Source: Eledone cirrhosa (lineage: Eukaryota). From it: 64,000 bases of DNA. Shown in pieces: positions 41,156 through 52,793 of the stretch. A model generated the notes under the pieces. The model saw only the letters and a list, made by a program, of their open reading frames with translations, did not search any database and was not told the DNA's origin. The stretch lies in contig OZ024749.1 of assembly GCA_964016885.1 (NCBI GenBank), positions 20,088,001 to 20,152,000 on the forward strand, in the 5' to 3' direction. Position numbers and translations under genes: made by a program. The number at the start of each line of letters is the position of its first letter. Positions within the stretch are counted from its first letter, which is position 1.

Positions 41156-41595
41156 AAACAGCCTCTTTAAAGCCATGTCAGTAGAATGACCCGTCATTCT
41201 TGCTCTTGTGTTGGCATGTAAACAGAACTGCAGACATTAATGTTTCTGGGTGATTATCCTTCATCAGTTAAAATATTTGAATATGGCAAAGCCGGCCATT
41301 AATTGCTCGTATACAGGGAACTGACTGGCCAGTCTGCTGATATGCAAATCTGGCTGATCAGTGGGTCTGCTTATATGCAGATCTGACTGATCAGGCAGTC
41401 TTCTAATATGGAAATCTGGCCGATCAGTCACTGTATATTTTACAAAATATCATATATTTTCACTAGCTCTGACAGTTGGCAGGTAAGCAGTATACGGTAC
41501 TGATGAAGAGTAATCACCGAGAAACATTAGTGTCTGCAGTTCTGTTTACATGCCAACACAAGAGCAAGAATGACATGGCTTTAAAGAGGCTGTTT
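41156..41595. repeat. Inverted repeat whose arms each carry a hammerhead-like core
   Basis: 41156-41270 is the reverse complement of about 41498-41595. The - strand copy reads CTGATGA-aggataatcaccca-GAAAC-attaat-GTC. Confidence 0.7.
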
Positions 41596-41683
41596 GCATA
41601 ATTGCAAACGAATCGAATGTTATTATTAATATTCAAAAAACTCAGATTACATTTATTGTATTCAGCCATGTAGAGCGAAATTT

Positions 41684-44600
41684 CCGGCGGACAAGGGAGG
41701 CGCCGTGGTGGTGTGGCGCGCGGACCTCTACACGGCCGAAGCCCTCAGGCAGCTCTGTAACCCCCTCTTCTACCGCCCTCTACCCTCCGATCCCACACCC
41801 CTCTACCAACAACAAGTTTCCTTCACCATCCAACACCTTGTCTCCTCCTCCATCCTCCCCCCACCGCTTCCACCTCATCGTCCGCACCCCCACCATCTAC
41901 TTCCTCCCCAAACTCCCCAAACTCGACAACCCCGGCCGCCCCATCGTCTCCGCTTGCAACTGCCCCACCGAACTCATCTCCGCCTTTCTCGACTCCATCC
42001 TCGCCCCCCTTGTCACCACCCTCCCCTCCCACATCTCCGACACCAACCACGCCCTGCGCCTTTTCGACTCCTTCACCTACCCACCCGGCCCACAGCCCTT
42101 CCTCTTCGCCCTAGACATCAAGTCCCTCTATACCGTCATCCCCCACGCCGACGGCTTACACGCCCTCAAACACTACCTCGACCTTCGCCCCTCCCCCATT
42201 CCCTCCACCCCCACCCTCCTTCGCCTCGCCGAGCTGGTCCTCACCCTCAATTGTTTCTCCTTCTCGGGTGAGTTTTACCAACAGGTCACGGGGGTAGCCA
42301 TGGGTACAAGAATGGGCCCGAATTATGCCAACCTTTTTGTTGGCCATGTTGAGGCCCAAATCTTTGCCCAGTACACCGGCCCCACGCCCGAACTGTACGG
42401 TCGTTACATCGACGACTGTATCGGAGCCACGACCCTCACCCGAGAACAGCTCGACTCCTTTCTCTCCTTCTTCTGCTCCTTCCACTCCTCCCTCCACTTC
42501 ACCACCTCTATCTCCACCACCCACGTCCACTTCTTAGACATCTCCGTCGCCTTCGACCCCTCCCACCACTCCCTCGTCACCTCCGCCTTCTTCAAACCCA
42601 CCGACTCCCACTCTTACCTCGACTTCACCTCTTCCCACCCCACCCACACTAAACTCTCCATTCCCTACTCCCAACTTCTCAGGATCCGCCGCCTCTGTAG
42701 CCGAGATGCTGACTTCGAGTCCCAGGCCCTTTCCCTAGTCAGCCATTTCATCCGCAGAGGTTACCCTCCCTCTCTCATCCACACCGCTCTCACCCGCGCC
42801 CGTGCTGTCCACCGCTCCACCACCCTCACCCCACGCCACCGCACACCCACCCACCGTCTCCCCTTCCCCATCACCTACCACCCCTCCACCGCACCATCTG
42901 CCGCCTCTTCCGACGCCTCCAGTCCGACCCCTCCACCTCCCACATCTTCCCAACCCCACCACTCCCCTCCTTCAAACGCGCACGCAATCTCCGCACCCTC
43001 CTCGTCCACAGCTCCTACCCCCAACCCACGCCCCCCCCGTTCCTTTCCCTGTTCTAGGCCCCGCTGCAACACCTGTCCCCACATCACCAACACCATCACC
43101 TTCCAGGGTCCTAACGGCCACTCTCTCTCTGTCCGGCATGCCTTCCGCTGCACCTCCTCCAACCTAGTCTACGGACTTCGCTGCACGGAGAGCAGCGCGA
43201 CTTACGTTGGACAGACGGGACGTCGCCTGGCGGACCGATTCACTGAGCACCTCCGGGATATTCGTCTCGGTGGTAGTTCCCCCATCGCCCGCCACTTTGG
43301 TGCCCCTGGACATTCCGCACGCCATCTCACAGTCTGTGGCCTACTCCAGTGCCACGGAACACCCGCCCATCTCCTCAGAGTTGAACAAAGAACCATCTTC
43401 ATCTTACAGACCCACACTCCCCCCGGCCTGAATTCCTCACCCTTATTCCTTTAGCCTTCGACCGCCCCCCTCTCCCCACACATATCCCCCACTAACACCA
43501 CTAACACACCCCTCCTTTTCACTGCCCACCCCACAACTAACAATACTAACACCTCCACTCCACCCCTCATCCGACCACCCTTCCCCAACTAACATACTAA
43601 CATCCCTCCCTTCCTCTCCTCCCCCCTCCTTATCACACGCACACACCCACCGGCACATATATACACGCGCTCACACTAAACACACACCCTACTACCACCA
43701 CTAACCCCCACCCCCACACATCCATCCCACCACCCCGCAACTAACATCACTAACACCCCCTGATCCCAAGCACACGAACACACGCACCCACTTACACCAC
43801 CCACCCCACACGCAACTAACATCACTAACACCCCCCAACCCCACGCACACGTACCCACACACCCTCGTACACCACCAACTCTACACACCCTACCACCACT
43901 AACCCCCACTCACACCCGCATTCAACCCTTTCTCCACCTCCCGTATACTAACACCCACTAACACCCCCTTCATCAAACTACACACACACCAGTACACCAC
44001 ACTCCCTCCATCGACCCCCACACCCTTCTCTCCCCGCTCCACCCACACCCTTTCTCCAACACTCACTCATCCCACTAACACCTCTACTAATACACACACA
44101 CACCCTCCTCACTCCAACTTTCACACCTACCCATCCTCGCCCCTTTACCATTCCACCCTACTGCTGCTATGCCCTCTGACCACCTCCCAGCACACACAGA
44201 CACACAGCACTCCTACTGCCTTGACCACTTCCTGTTGCGCGCGCACCCCACATCTCTCCTCTTCCGACCATCTCTTCATGGATTACTCGTATGTGGAGCG
44301 TGACCGCGCAATCAACTACCATCCTAGGAGTTTACCAACCTTTCAACCACATCTTCTTACGGAATCACCTTTATAACTCACCCACACACACACCCAAACA
44401 AAATTTTTTTCCCACACGCCACCTACACCCACAACACGCTTAAACCCCACACACACGTGCTTTCTACCACATATTTACACCTTCAGCCTCCGGATTCCTC
44501 TCCCCCCACCCCTCTATCCACACACGCACACACACTCCGACCTACACCCCACCCCACACACACCTCTGTTCTTCCCCCAACCCTTGCTTTCACATACACA

Positions 44601-44985
44601 CACACACACACGTACACCTACACACACACACCACCTTCAGCCCTCCCCGCTCAGACACCCCGTCTCCCTCTCCCCACTCCACCCGCCACCACCCCTACAC
44701 ACCCACACCCTTCCACCACCTGTTTTACCCCATTTTAATTTTATTTATTTTGATCATGCTTTTATTTTTAATTTCATTCGCACCGTTTCCTCCCACCCCC
44801 TTTTTGCTATATGTCTCTCCACTACTCCCCTACACACCCTTTGAACTCTCTTCCCTCACACTTTTCACCTGAAGAAGGGCTTATGCCCGAAACGTCGTTT
44901 CCCACCACCACCCCACTCTCAAGAGCGTGAAATTAATAAACATTCGTTGTACTGCCTCTCTGTTTTGTTCCTGTTCAAATTTTCC
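41684..44985 (+). mobile_element. 5'-truncated Penelope-like element, Neptune-type (RT, Cys-rich linker, GIY-YIG)
   Basis: PADKGGAVVVW, GRPIVS, LDIKSLYT, GVAMGTRMGPNYANLF, RYIDD, FLDISV; linker CSRPRCNTC; NLVYGLRC..TYVGQTGRRLADRFTEH; stop at 43454. Long C/A-rich 3' UTR with an HHR and AATAAA (44935). Confidence 0.95.
44864..44897 (+). ncRNA. PLE minimal hammerhead motif
   Basis: CTGAAGA-a-GGGC-ttat-GCCC-GAAAC-GTC at the 3' end of the PLE; stem I is not evident. Confidence 0.75.
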
Positions 44986-45094
44986 ATTATATATATATAT
45001 ATGTATCTATTTTAGTTGATTTGTCCATGCTGGCATGGGTTGGACAGGACTTTTTTGAGGTTCAGTTTTTATAGCCACATGCTCTTCCTGATAA

Positions 45095-45282
45095 TTGTTA
45101 CTACTTTTGGCACAAGGCCAGCAATTTATCCCAGTGCATTACTAGTACTTTATTTTATCGACCCCTGTTAGGATGAAAGGCAAATTTAACCTCGGCGGGA
45201 TTTGAACTCAGACTGTAAAGGGCTGTAACTCTGTGCTGCAAAACATGGTGTCTGACCCTCCACCGATACTGCCAATCCATCG
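45095..45282 (-). mobile_element. S1 SINE
   Basis: Reverse complement of a full S1 copy. Confidence 0.85.
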
Positions 45283-45615
45283 TCCTTCCTGATAATATAC
45301 CTTTTTAGTCACTTCTTATAACATCATGCTGTGATGCAGTGCACCTATTCTAAACTGGATTCGTATATGTATGTATATATGTACCCTTGACTCTTGGTTG
45401 ACTTGTAGGGGCGCTGTAGTAACATGCAGCATTTCTAGGGCATTTTTAACCCTTTAGCATTTAAACTGGCCATATCCGGCCATATATATATATATGTATG
45501 GGAAAAAGTTTAACCCCAACAGCAGAGTTCAAGCCATTTTGAGGGCTATTTCTGTCCAGGTTTTTACTACACCTTATTTGATATATATATACACACACAC
45601 ACCCACACATACACA

Positions 45616-45716
45616 CAGGGTGTTCCCCCAAAAATGTATACATACTTTGATTACCTGTACAGGCAATATTTATTAGAATGCTGTTGAAGTGTGTATACAT
45701 TTTTTTGGATACCCTG
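45616..45716. mobile_element. About 100-bp Tc1/mariner-type MITE
   Basis: TIR CAGGGTGT.CCCCAAAAATGT / ACATTTTT.GG.ACCCTG with TA at the right end; second copy at 48310-48409. Confidence 0.7.
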
Positions 45717-46289
45717 TATATGTATATAACCTTCAGGGTGTGAGGGTTGGGTGGGGGTGGGGGTAAGATGAATGAATGGGGAGAATGTATGATTGTGAAA
45801 GAGAGGGACCAGCAGGAGTAGACCCAACAAAGGTGGGAGGTTGGAGGGGAGGGAAGGTGGAGGGGAGGGGACTAAGGTATTGAACCTGACAGCTGTGGAA
45901 TGGAAATATCTACTGAGAGTTGGTGGTTGGGTGGAAGGTAGAAAGAAGGGGAGGATAGAGAGGGGGAAAGGAGAGAGAGGAGGAACGAGAGCAGCTGGGA
46001 TCCTCAGGGATAGTCGCTGCAGGGGGGGGGGGATATCCTCCCCCTCATCAACACCACCACCATTGCCACCACCTCACCACTACTACCACACCACCACCAC
46101 CACCACTGCCACTACCACAACCATTGCTACCACCACACCACCACCACTGCCACTACCACCACCAATGCCCCACTACTGCCACCTCCTCCACCACCATTGC
46201 CACCACCACCATCTCACTACCACCATTTCATCACCACTACCACCACCAATGCTGTGATGGTAATGTGTATATATGGTGAAGCATGGAAG

Positions 46290-46715
46290 GATAGGTTGAG
46301 AGAAGACCTGAGGAAAAGAGGAATTAGTTGTCAAGTGCAGGAGAGAAGACAGCTCTGGTATGGACATGTAATGTGTAGTGTTGATAATTACTGAGTGAAG
46401 AATTGTCAAGAGATCAGATCCCGATGCCAAGAAACCCCTGGTGGACAGAAACTGCAGTAGAGGAAGATTATGCATTAATTGTGTTGTGTAGAGTAGTGAT
46501 AAGGATTGCTGGATGAAGAGTTCCTTGGATGAAGAGACCCCTGGTGGACAGAAGCTGCAGTAGAGGAAGACAATGGAAGACCTGGGCATAAGTGTTGAGA
46601 GGTGATTGCTGATGAACCTCACTAAGAAGATGATAAAAGAATGTACCAGATGGATGGAGGCTCGTCCAACCCATGCAAGCATTGGGAAACATATATAAAA
46701 GGATGATGATGATTT
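46290..46715 (+). mobile_element. Degraded RTE 3' fragment with internal duplication
   Basis: Translates RLREDLRKRGISCQVQERRQLWYGHVM; ends ccaacccatgcaagcat..(GAT)n. Confidence 0.75.
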
Positions 46716-46779
46716 TACTGATGATGGTGATGATGATGGTGATGATGATGGTGATGATGATGAAGCTGCATTATTGATG

Positions 46780-47137
46780 TATTGGCAGTATCAGAAGAGC
46801 ATCGAACACCATGCTTCGTGGCAGAGAGTTACATCCCTTTACATTCTGAGTTCAAATCCCGCCGGAGTTAGCTTTGCCTTTCGTCCTTACAAAGTTGATA
46901 AAATAAAGTACCAGTAATGCACTAGGGTCGATTTGATAGACTTTCACCTCCTCTTCAAATTGCTAGCCTTTTGCCTAGGATGCCATGCTTTGTCGCATAG
47001 AGTTACGTTCCTTTACGATCTGAGTTCAAATCCCGCCGAGGTTAACTTTGCCTTTCATCCTTACGGGGTCGATAAAATAAAGTACCAGTTATGTACTGGG
47101 TAATTGCTGGCCTTGTGCCAAAAGTAGAAACAATTAT
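46780..47137 (+). mobile_element. Two tandem S1 SINEs; another partial copy at 47886-48030
   Basis: B boxes and central domains. Confidence 0.8.
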
Positions 47138-47233
47138 TAAGACATTCTTGAAAAGTACAGATCAGCACTATGACTACACCACATTAATCTCTTAACATCC
47201 TGTACCACATGAAACCACATCTTCTTTGCCAAC

Positions 47234-47540
47234 TTATTCCTGAGAGAGTTGTGGGGGTATTGTCCTCAAACATTCCTTCCAGCGGATCCTGTCAGAAGCA
47301 ACCTTCTCCAACTGATCCGGCTGGATCCCCAAGCGTGACCAGCCAAGCTCACAGAGGTTATCCAACCATCTTGCTTGGGGTCTACCCCTGGGTTTCTTGC
47401 CGGTTGGTTTTGCCGGTAAAATCTGTCCAGTGATTTTTTTTCTGAGACATTCTAACCACATGCCCATAGTATCGGAGCTGTGATCTCTTAATTCGAAGAA
47501 GTAGCAGCTCTACCTGGAGTGACTCTGATCTCTGAACTAT
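47234..47540 (-). mobile_element. 3' fragment of a distinct RTE lineage (Expander/Rex3-like C-terminus)
   Basis: PTGKKPRGRPQARWLD..LGWSRLGIQPDQLEKVASDRIRW; upstream QLRYYGH-like motif. Confidence 0.7.
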
Positions 47541-47696
47541 GCACTAATGAAAACACATTAGCAAGAAAATAAATTGAAAAATACCAAAACAGCATCATGA
47601 CTGCACCACATTAATAATTAGAGTATTTGCTTTAATACAGCAAATTTTCACAACAATCTGTCCACTTGTGAAGATACTATAAACATTTGAATTGAC

Positions 47697-47885
47697 AAAA
47701 CAAGCTTTTAGATATTTTCTACTAAATCATTGCAAGATGTTAAGAGTTAAGCTTGACTGTAGGGCATTAACTATATTATAATATGTGTGTGTGTATAATA
47801 TTATAATATAGTTATTGCCCTACAGTCAAGATTATCTCTTAACATCTTGCAATGATTTAGTAGAAAATATCTAAAAGCTTGTTTT
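47697..47885. repeat. Fold-back hairpin with arms of about 87 bp
   Basis: aaaacaagcttttagatattttctac... and ...gtagaaaatatctaaaagcttgtttt with a short (tg)n loop. Confidence 0.9.
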
Positions 47886-48131
47886 TGAGTTCAAATCCCG
47901 CTGAGGTTAACTTTGTTTTTCATCCTTACGGGGTCGATAAAATAAAGTACCAGTCACGCACTGGGGTCGAATTGATTGACTTTTCCCTCCTCCAAAATTG
48001 CTGGCCTTGTGCCTATATAAGAAACCAATATTATGTGTGTGTATGTGTGTATGGTATGTTTATGTATGCAAGGAAGTGGTGTGTATGCAAGGGTGTGGTG
48101 TGTTTGTGTGTATGTAAGGGAGTGGTGTGTA

Positions 48132-48305
<174 letters not shown>

Positions 48306-48309
48306 ATTA

Positions 48310-48409
48310 CAGGTGTCCCCAAAAAATGTGTAAACACTTCAACAGCATTCTAATAAATATTGCCTGTACAAGTAATCAAAGTGTGTATACATTTTTGGGG
48401 GACACCCTG
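48310..48409. mobile_element. Tc1/mariner-type MITE, second copy in the opposite orientation
   Basis: TA|CAGG(G)TGTCCCC...GGGGACACCCTG|TA. Confidence 0.75.
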
Positions 48410-50465
48410 TACATATTCTTATCTTCTCTCCAGCTCTTAAAACACATCACCACAAAATACAGACACACACCACCTGTCCTAACTAACTATTGTGTAACAT
48501 CTTACCTGGATAAGAGGGTTTTATTTGTATAACACAAATACTGTCTTACCCTAACCCTAACCCTAACCCTCACTCACCATCCTACCCCCCCCCCCCCCCG
48601 CTATCCCATCACTGGGCCTCCAACTTTTTCATCTGCCTCTCTACACCCTTCACTACCAACACCCTCAGTCATATTGGTGGCAGCAGTGGTGGTGATGGTG
48701 GTCATGGTTGTGTAGGTGGTGGTGGTGATGTTCGTGGTGATGATGATGATGGTGGTGGTGGTGGTTGTTGTGGTGATGATGGTGGTGGTGGTGGTGGTGA
48801 AGGTTGTGTAAGTGGTGGTGATGATGTTCGTGGTGATGATGATGGTGGTGGTGGTGGTTGTTGTGGTGATGATGGTGGTGGTGAAGGTTGTGTAAGTGGT
48901 GGTGGTGGTGGTGAAGGTTGTGAATGTGGTGGTGGTGGAAGTGATGGTGGTGAAGGTAGTAGGGATAGTGTGGGTGGTGGTATTGTAGTTGTTTGTTGTT
49001 GGCAAGGGTGGTGGTGTGATGTGGTAGTGGCAATAGCAGTCGTGGTGGTAGAGTGGTGTAGATGTTTGGGTTGTTGTTGCTGGTGTTGGTAATGGTGGTA
49101 GTAATGGTTGTAGTGTTGTTGTTATGGGGGGGGGGGGTAGCGGTGGAATTATTGCTGGTGCCCTGGTAATGGAAGTGTGATAGAGTGGGGGGGGGTTAGT
49201 CAGTTTCAAACCCACTGTCATCTTGCAAAACTTTAGCCCCCCCCCCCCCCCCCCCCCCCCCGTCTTATGATGTCAGTAGTTACAGAGGTTTGGATGATGG
49301 AGGTGGTGGTGGTGGTAGAGCAAGGGGTGGAGGTGGGGAAGATCAAGATGAATCCCTACCCCACCCATCAGGGAACACCCCTTCCTCATGTCACCATAAT
49401 GTCACGACTCAAGCCACTACCACCACTGCCCTCCTATCACCACCACCCTACCACCACCACAGCCCTACCACCAACACCACTGCCACCACCACCACCAACA
49501 TTGACACCATCACAACTAACAATGTCACCACCACCCTACTACCACCATCGCCACCACCCTACCACCACCACCACCAACATTGACACCATCACAACTAACA
49601 ATGTCACCAGCACCCGCCGCCACCACCACCACCACATGAAAGAAAGCCAGACAGTTGTGAAGGGGGGGTCACCCCCCCACTCACACCTCTGCTGCTCCTC
49701 TCTCCCCTCCCACCGTGTGCAGAGTAGGAGTGCAGTAGGAAAATGGCATGGAGACTGGTGTGGTGGGGTGTAGAGCAGGTGCTAGTATGTGTGTGTGTGT
49801 GTGTGTGTGTGTATAAATAGAATAACATGTGTATGCAAACATTTGTATTCCACACACACACACACACACACACATACACACATACACACAATCATCATCA
49901 TCATCATCATATATCTATTTTTCCATGCTTGCTTGGTTTATTATAGATATATATTATATCATCATTACTTAATGTGTGGCAGGGTGGAGTGGGGGGGGTC
50001 AGTCCCTGTGGGGAGGGGGGAAGTCCCTGTGGGAGTGAGGCAGTCCCTGTGGGGGGAGAGGAGACAGTCCTTGTGGGGGTAGGGCAGACCCTGTTAGCAA
50101 GGGATGGCTGGGTCTTATGTCTTCACAACCAGAGTCAGTACTCATGTAGTCTACTCCCTGTAGTCTACTTTCTGTATGCTGTATAGATTTCTAAATCCTG
50201 GGGGTACTCTATGTAGTATATGTACAGTACTTCATAGGGTTATTGTCTATATACTGTATATATATATATTTTAAGTCCTGGGGTACTCTACATAATGTTG
50301 TACCTAGTGGTGATATTTTCTATATCTGGTATGTATTTGTAAGTCATCAGGTTTTCATTATTTATTTTTTCTGTGTCTGCATCAATGCCAGATCACCTCT
50401 TATTATAGGGATTGTTTCTTTATTGTTGAAAGGTAAATGAGGGTAGCCAGCATGGTTCTGGTTCG

Positions 50466-52640
50466 AGACACCTGTAGACTGGAGGAAGACAGCTGTGAGG
50501 GGGGCACTGGTCTTAGTGGTCAAGGTAACCAGGTCTTTTCTGGGTAGACACCTGTAGATTGGAAGAAGACAGCTGTGAGGGGGGCACTGGTCTTAGTGGT
50601 CAAGGTAACCAGGTCTTTTCTGGGTAGACACCTGTAGACTAGAGGAAGATAGCTGTGAGAGGGGCACTGGTCTTAGTGGTCAAAGGGACCAGGCCTTCTC
50701 TGGGTAGACACCTGTAGACTGGAAGAAGACAGCTGGGGGGGGGGGGCACTGGTCTTAGTGGTCAAGTTGACCAGGTCTATTTTAGGTATATACCTGAAGA
50801 TTGAAGGAAGACAACCAGGACGGTGCACTTGTCTTACTGGTCAAGTTGACCAGGTCTACTTCTGTAGATTGAAGACAACTGGGAAGGGATCACTTGTCTT
50901 CCTGGTCAAGTTGATCAGGTCTACTTCTGTAGATTGAAGACAACTGGGAAGGGATCACTTGACTACTGGTCAAGTTGAACCAGGCCTGTTTCTGTAGATT
51001 GGAGTTAGACAACTGAGAAGGGATCACTTGACTACTGGTCAAGTTGAACCAGGCCTGTTTCTGTAGATTGGAGTTAGACAACTGAGAAGGGATCACTTGT
51101 CTACTGGTCAAGTTGAACCAGGCCTGTTTCTGTAGATTGGAGTTAGACAACTGAGAAGGGATCACTTGACTACTGGTCAAGTTGAACCAGGCCTGTTTCT
51201 GTAGATTGGAGTTAGACAACTGAGAAGGGATCACTTGTCTACTGGTCAAGTTGAACCAGGCCTGTTTCTGTAGATTGGAGTTAGACAACTGAGAAGGGAT
51301 CACTTGACTACTGGTCAAGTTGAACCAGGCCTGTTTCTGTAGATTGGAGTTAGACAACTGAGAAGGGATCACTTGTCTACTGGTCAAGTTGAACCAGGCC
51401 TGTTTCTGTAGATTGGAGTTAGACAACTGAGAAGGGATCACTTGTCTACTGATCAAGTTGAACCAGGCCTGTTTCTGTAGATTGGAGTTAGACAACTGAG
51501 AAGGGATCACTTGTCTACTGGTCAAGTTGAACCAGGCCTGTTTCTGTAGATTGGAGTTAGACAACTGGGAAGAGATCACTTGTCTACTGATCAAGTTGAA
51601 CCAGGCCTGTTTCTGTAGATTGGAGTTAGACAACTGAGAAGGGATCACTTGACTACTGGTCAAGTTGAACCAGGCCTGTTTCTGTAGATTGGAGTTAGAC
51701 AACTGAGAAGGGATCACTTGTCTACTGATCAAGTTGAACCAGGCCTGTTTCTGTAGATTGGAGTTAGACAACTGAGAAGGGATCACTTGTCTACTGATCA
51801 AGTTGAACCAGGCCTGTTTCTGTAGATTGGAGTTAGACAACTGAGAAGGGATCACTTGTCTACTGATCAAGTTGAACCAGGCCTGTTTCTGTAGATTGGA
51901 GTTAGACAACTGGGAAGAGATCACTTGTCTACTGATCAAGTTGAACCAGGCCTGTTTCTGTAGATTGGAGTTAGACAACTGAGAAGGGATCACTTGACTA
52001 CTGGTCAAGTTGAACCAGGCCTGTTTCTGTAGATTGGAGTTAGACAACTGAGAAGGGATCACTTGTCTACTGATCAAGTTGAACCAGGCCTGTTTCTGTA
52101 GATTGGAGTTAGACAACTGAGAAGGGATCACTTGTCTACTGATCAAGTTGAACCAGGCCTGTTTCTGTAGATTGGAGTTAGACAACTGAGAAGGGATCAC
52201 TTGTCTACTGGTCAAGTTGAACCAGGCCTGTTTCTGTAGATTGGAGTTAGACAACTGGGAAGAGATCACTTGTCTACTGATCAAGTTGAACCAGGCCTGT
52301 TTCTGTAGATTGGAGTTAGACAACTGAGAAGGGATCACTTGTCTACTGGTCAAGTTGAACCAGGCATGTTTCTGTAGATTGGAGTTAGACAACTGGGAAG
52401 AGATCATTTGTCTACTGGTCAAGTTGAACCAGGCTTGTTTCTGTAGATTGGAGTTAGACAACTGGGAAGGGATCACTTGTCTACTGGTCAAGTTGAACCA
52501 GGCCTGTTTCTGTAGATTGGAGTTAGACAACTGGGAAGGGACCACTTGTCTACTGATCAAGTTGAACCAGGCCTGTTTCTGTAGATTGGAGTTAGACAAC
52601 TGGGAAGGGACCACTTGTCTTAGTGGTCAAGGTGACCAGG
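50466..52640. repeat. 69-bp minisatellite (about 24 homogeneous units) preceded by diverged units of about 79 bp
   Basis: Unit ctggtcaagttgaaccaggcctgtttctgtagattggagttagacaactgagaagggatcacttgtcta. Confidence 0.96.
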
Positions 52641-52793
52641 TCTACTCTGAGTATACAACAGTAAATTGGAGGCGGAAGACAATTTGGAGGGAGCACTTGC
52701 CCTAGCGGTCAGGTTGTGTGTGGCTTTTTTGGTGGGGTGTGGTGGGGGCTTTCTCTATAAGCGATCCTCATCCAGTGTCGTCCTGTGCTGGCT

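Noticed and set aside
48548-48570. (CCCTAA)3 telomere-like repeat
   Set aside because: Too short to indicate a telomere or fusion site.
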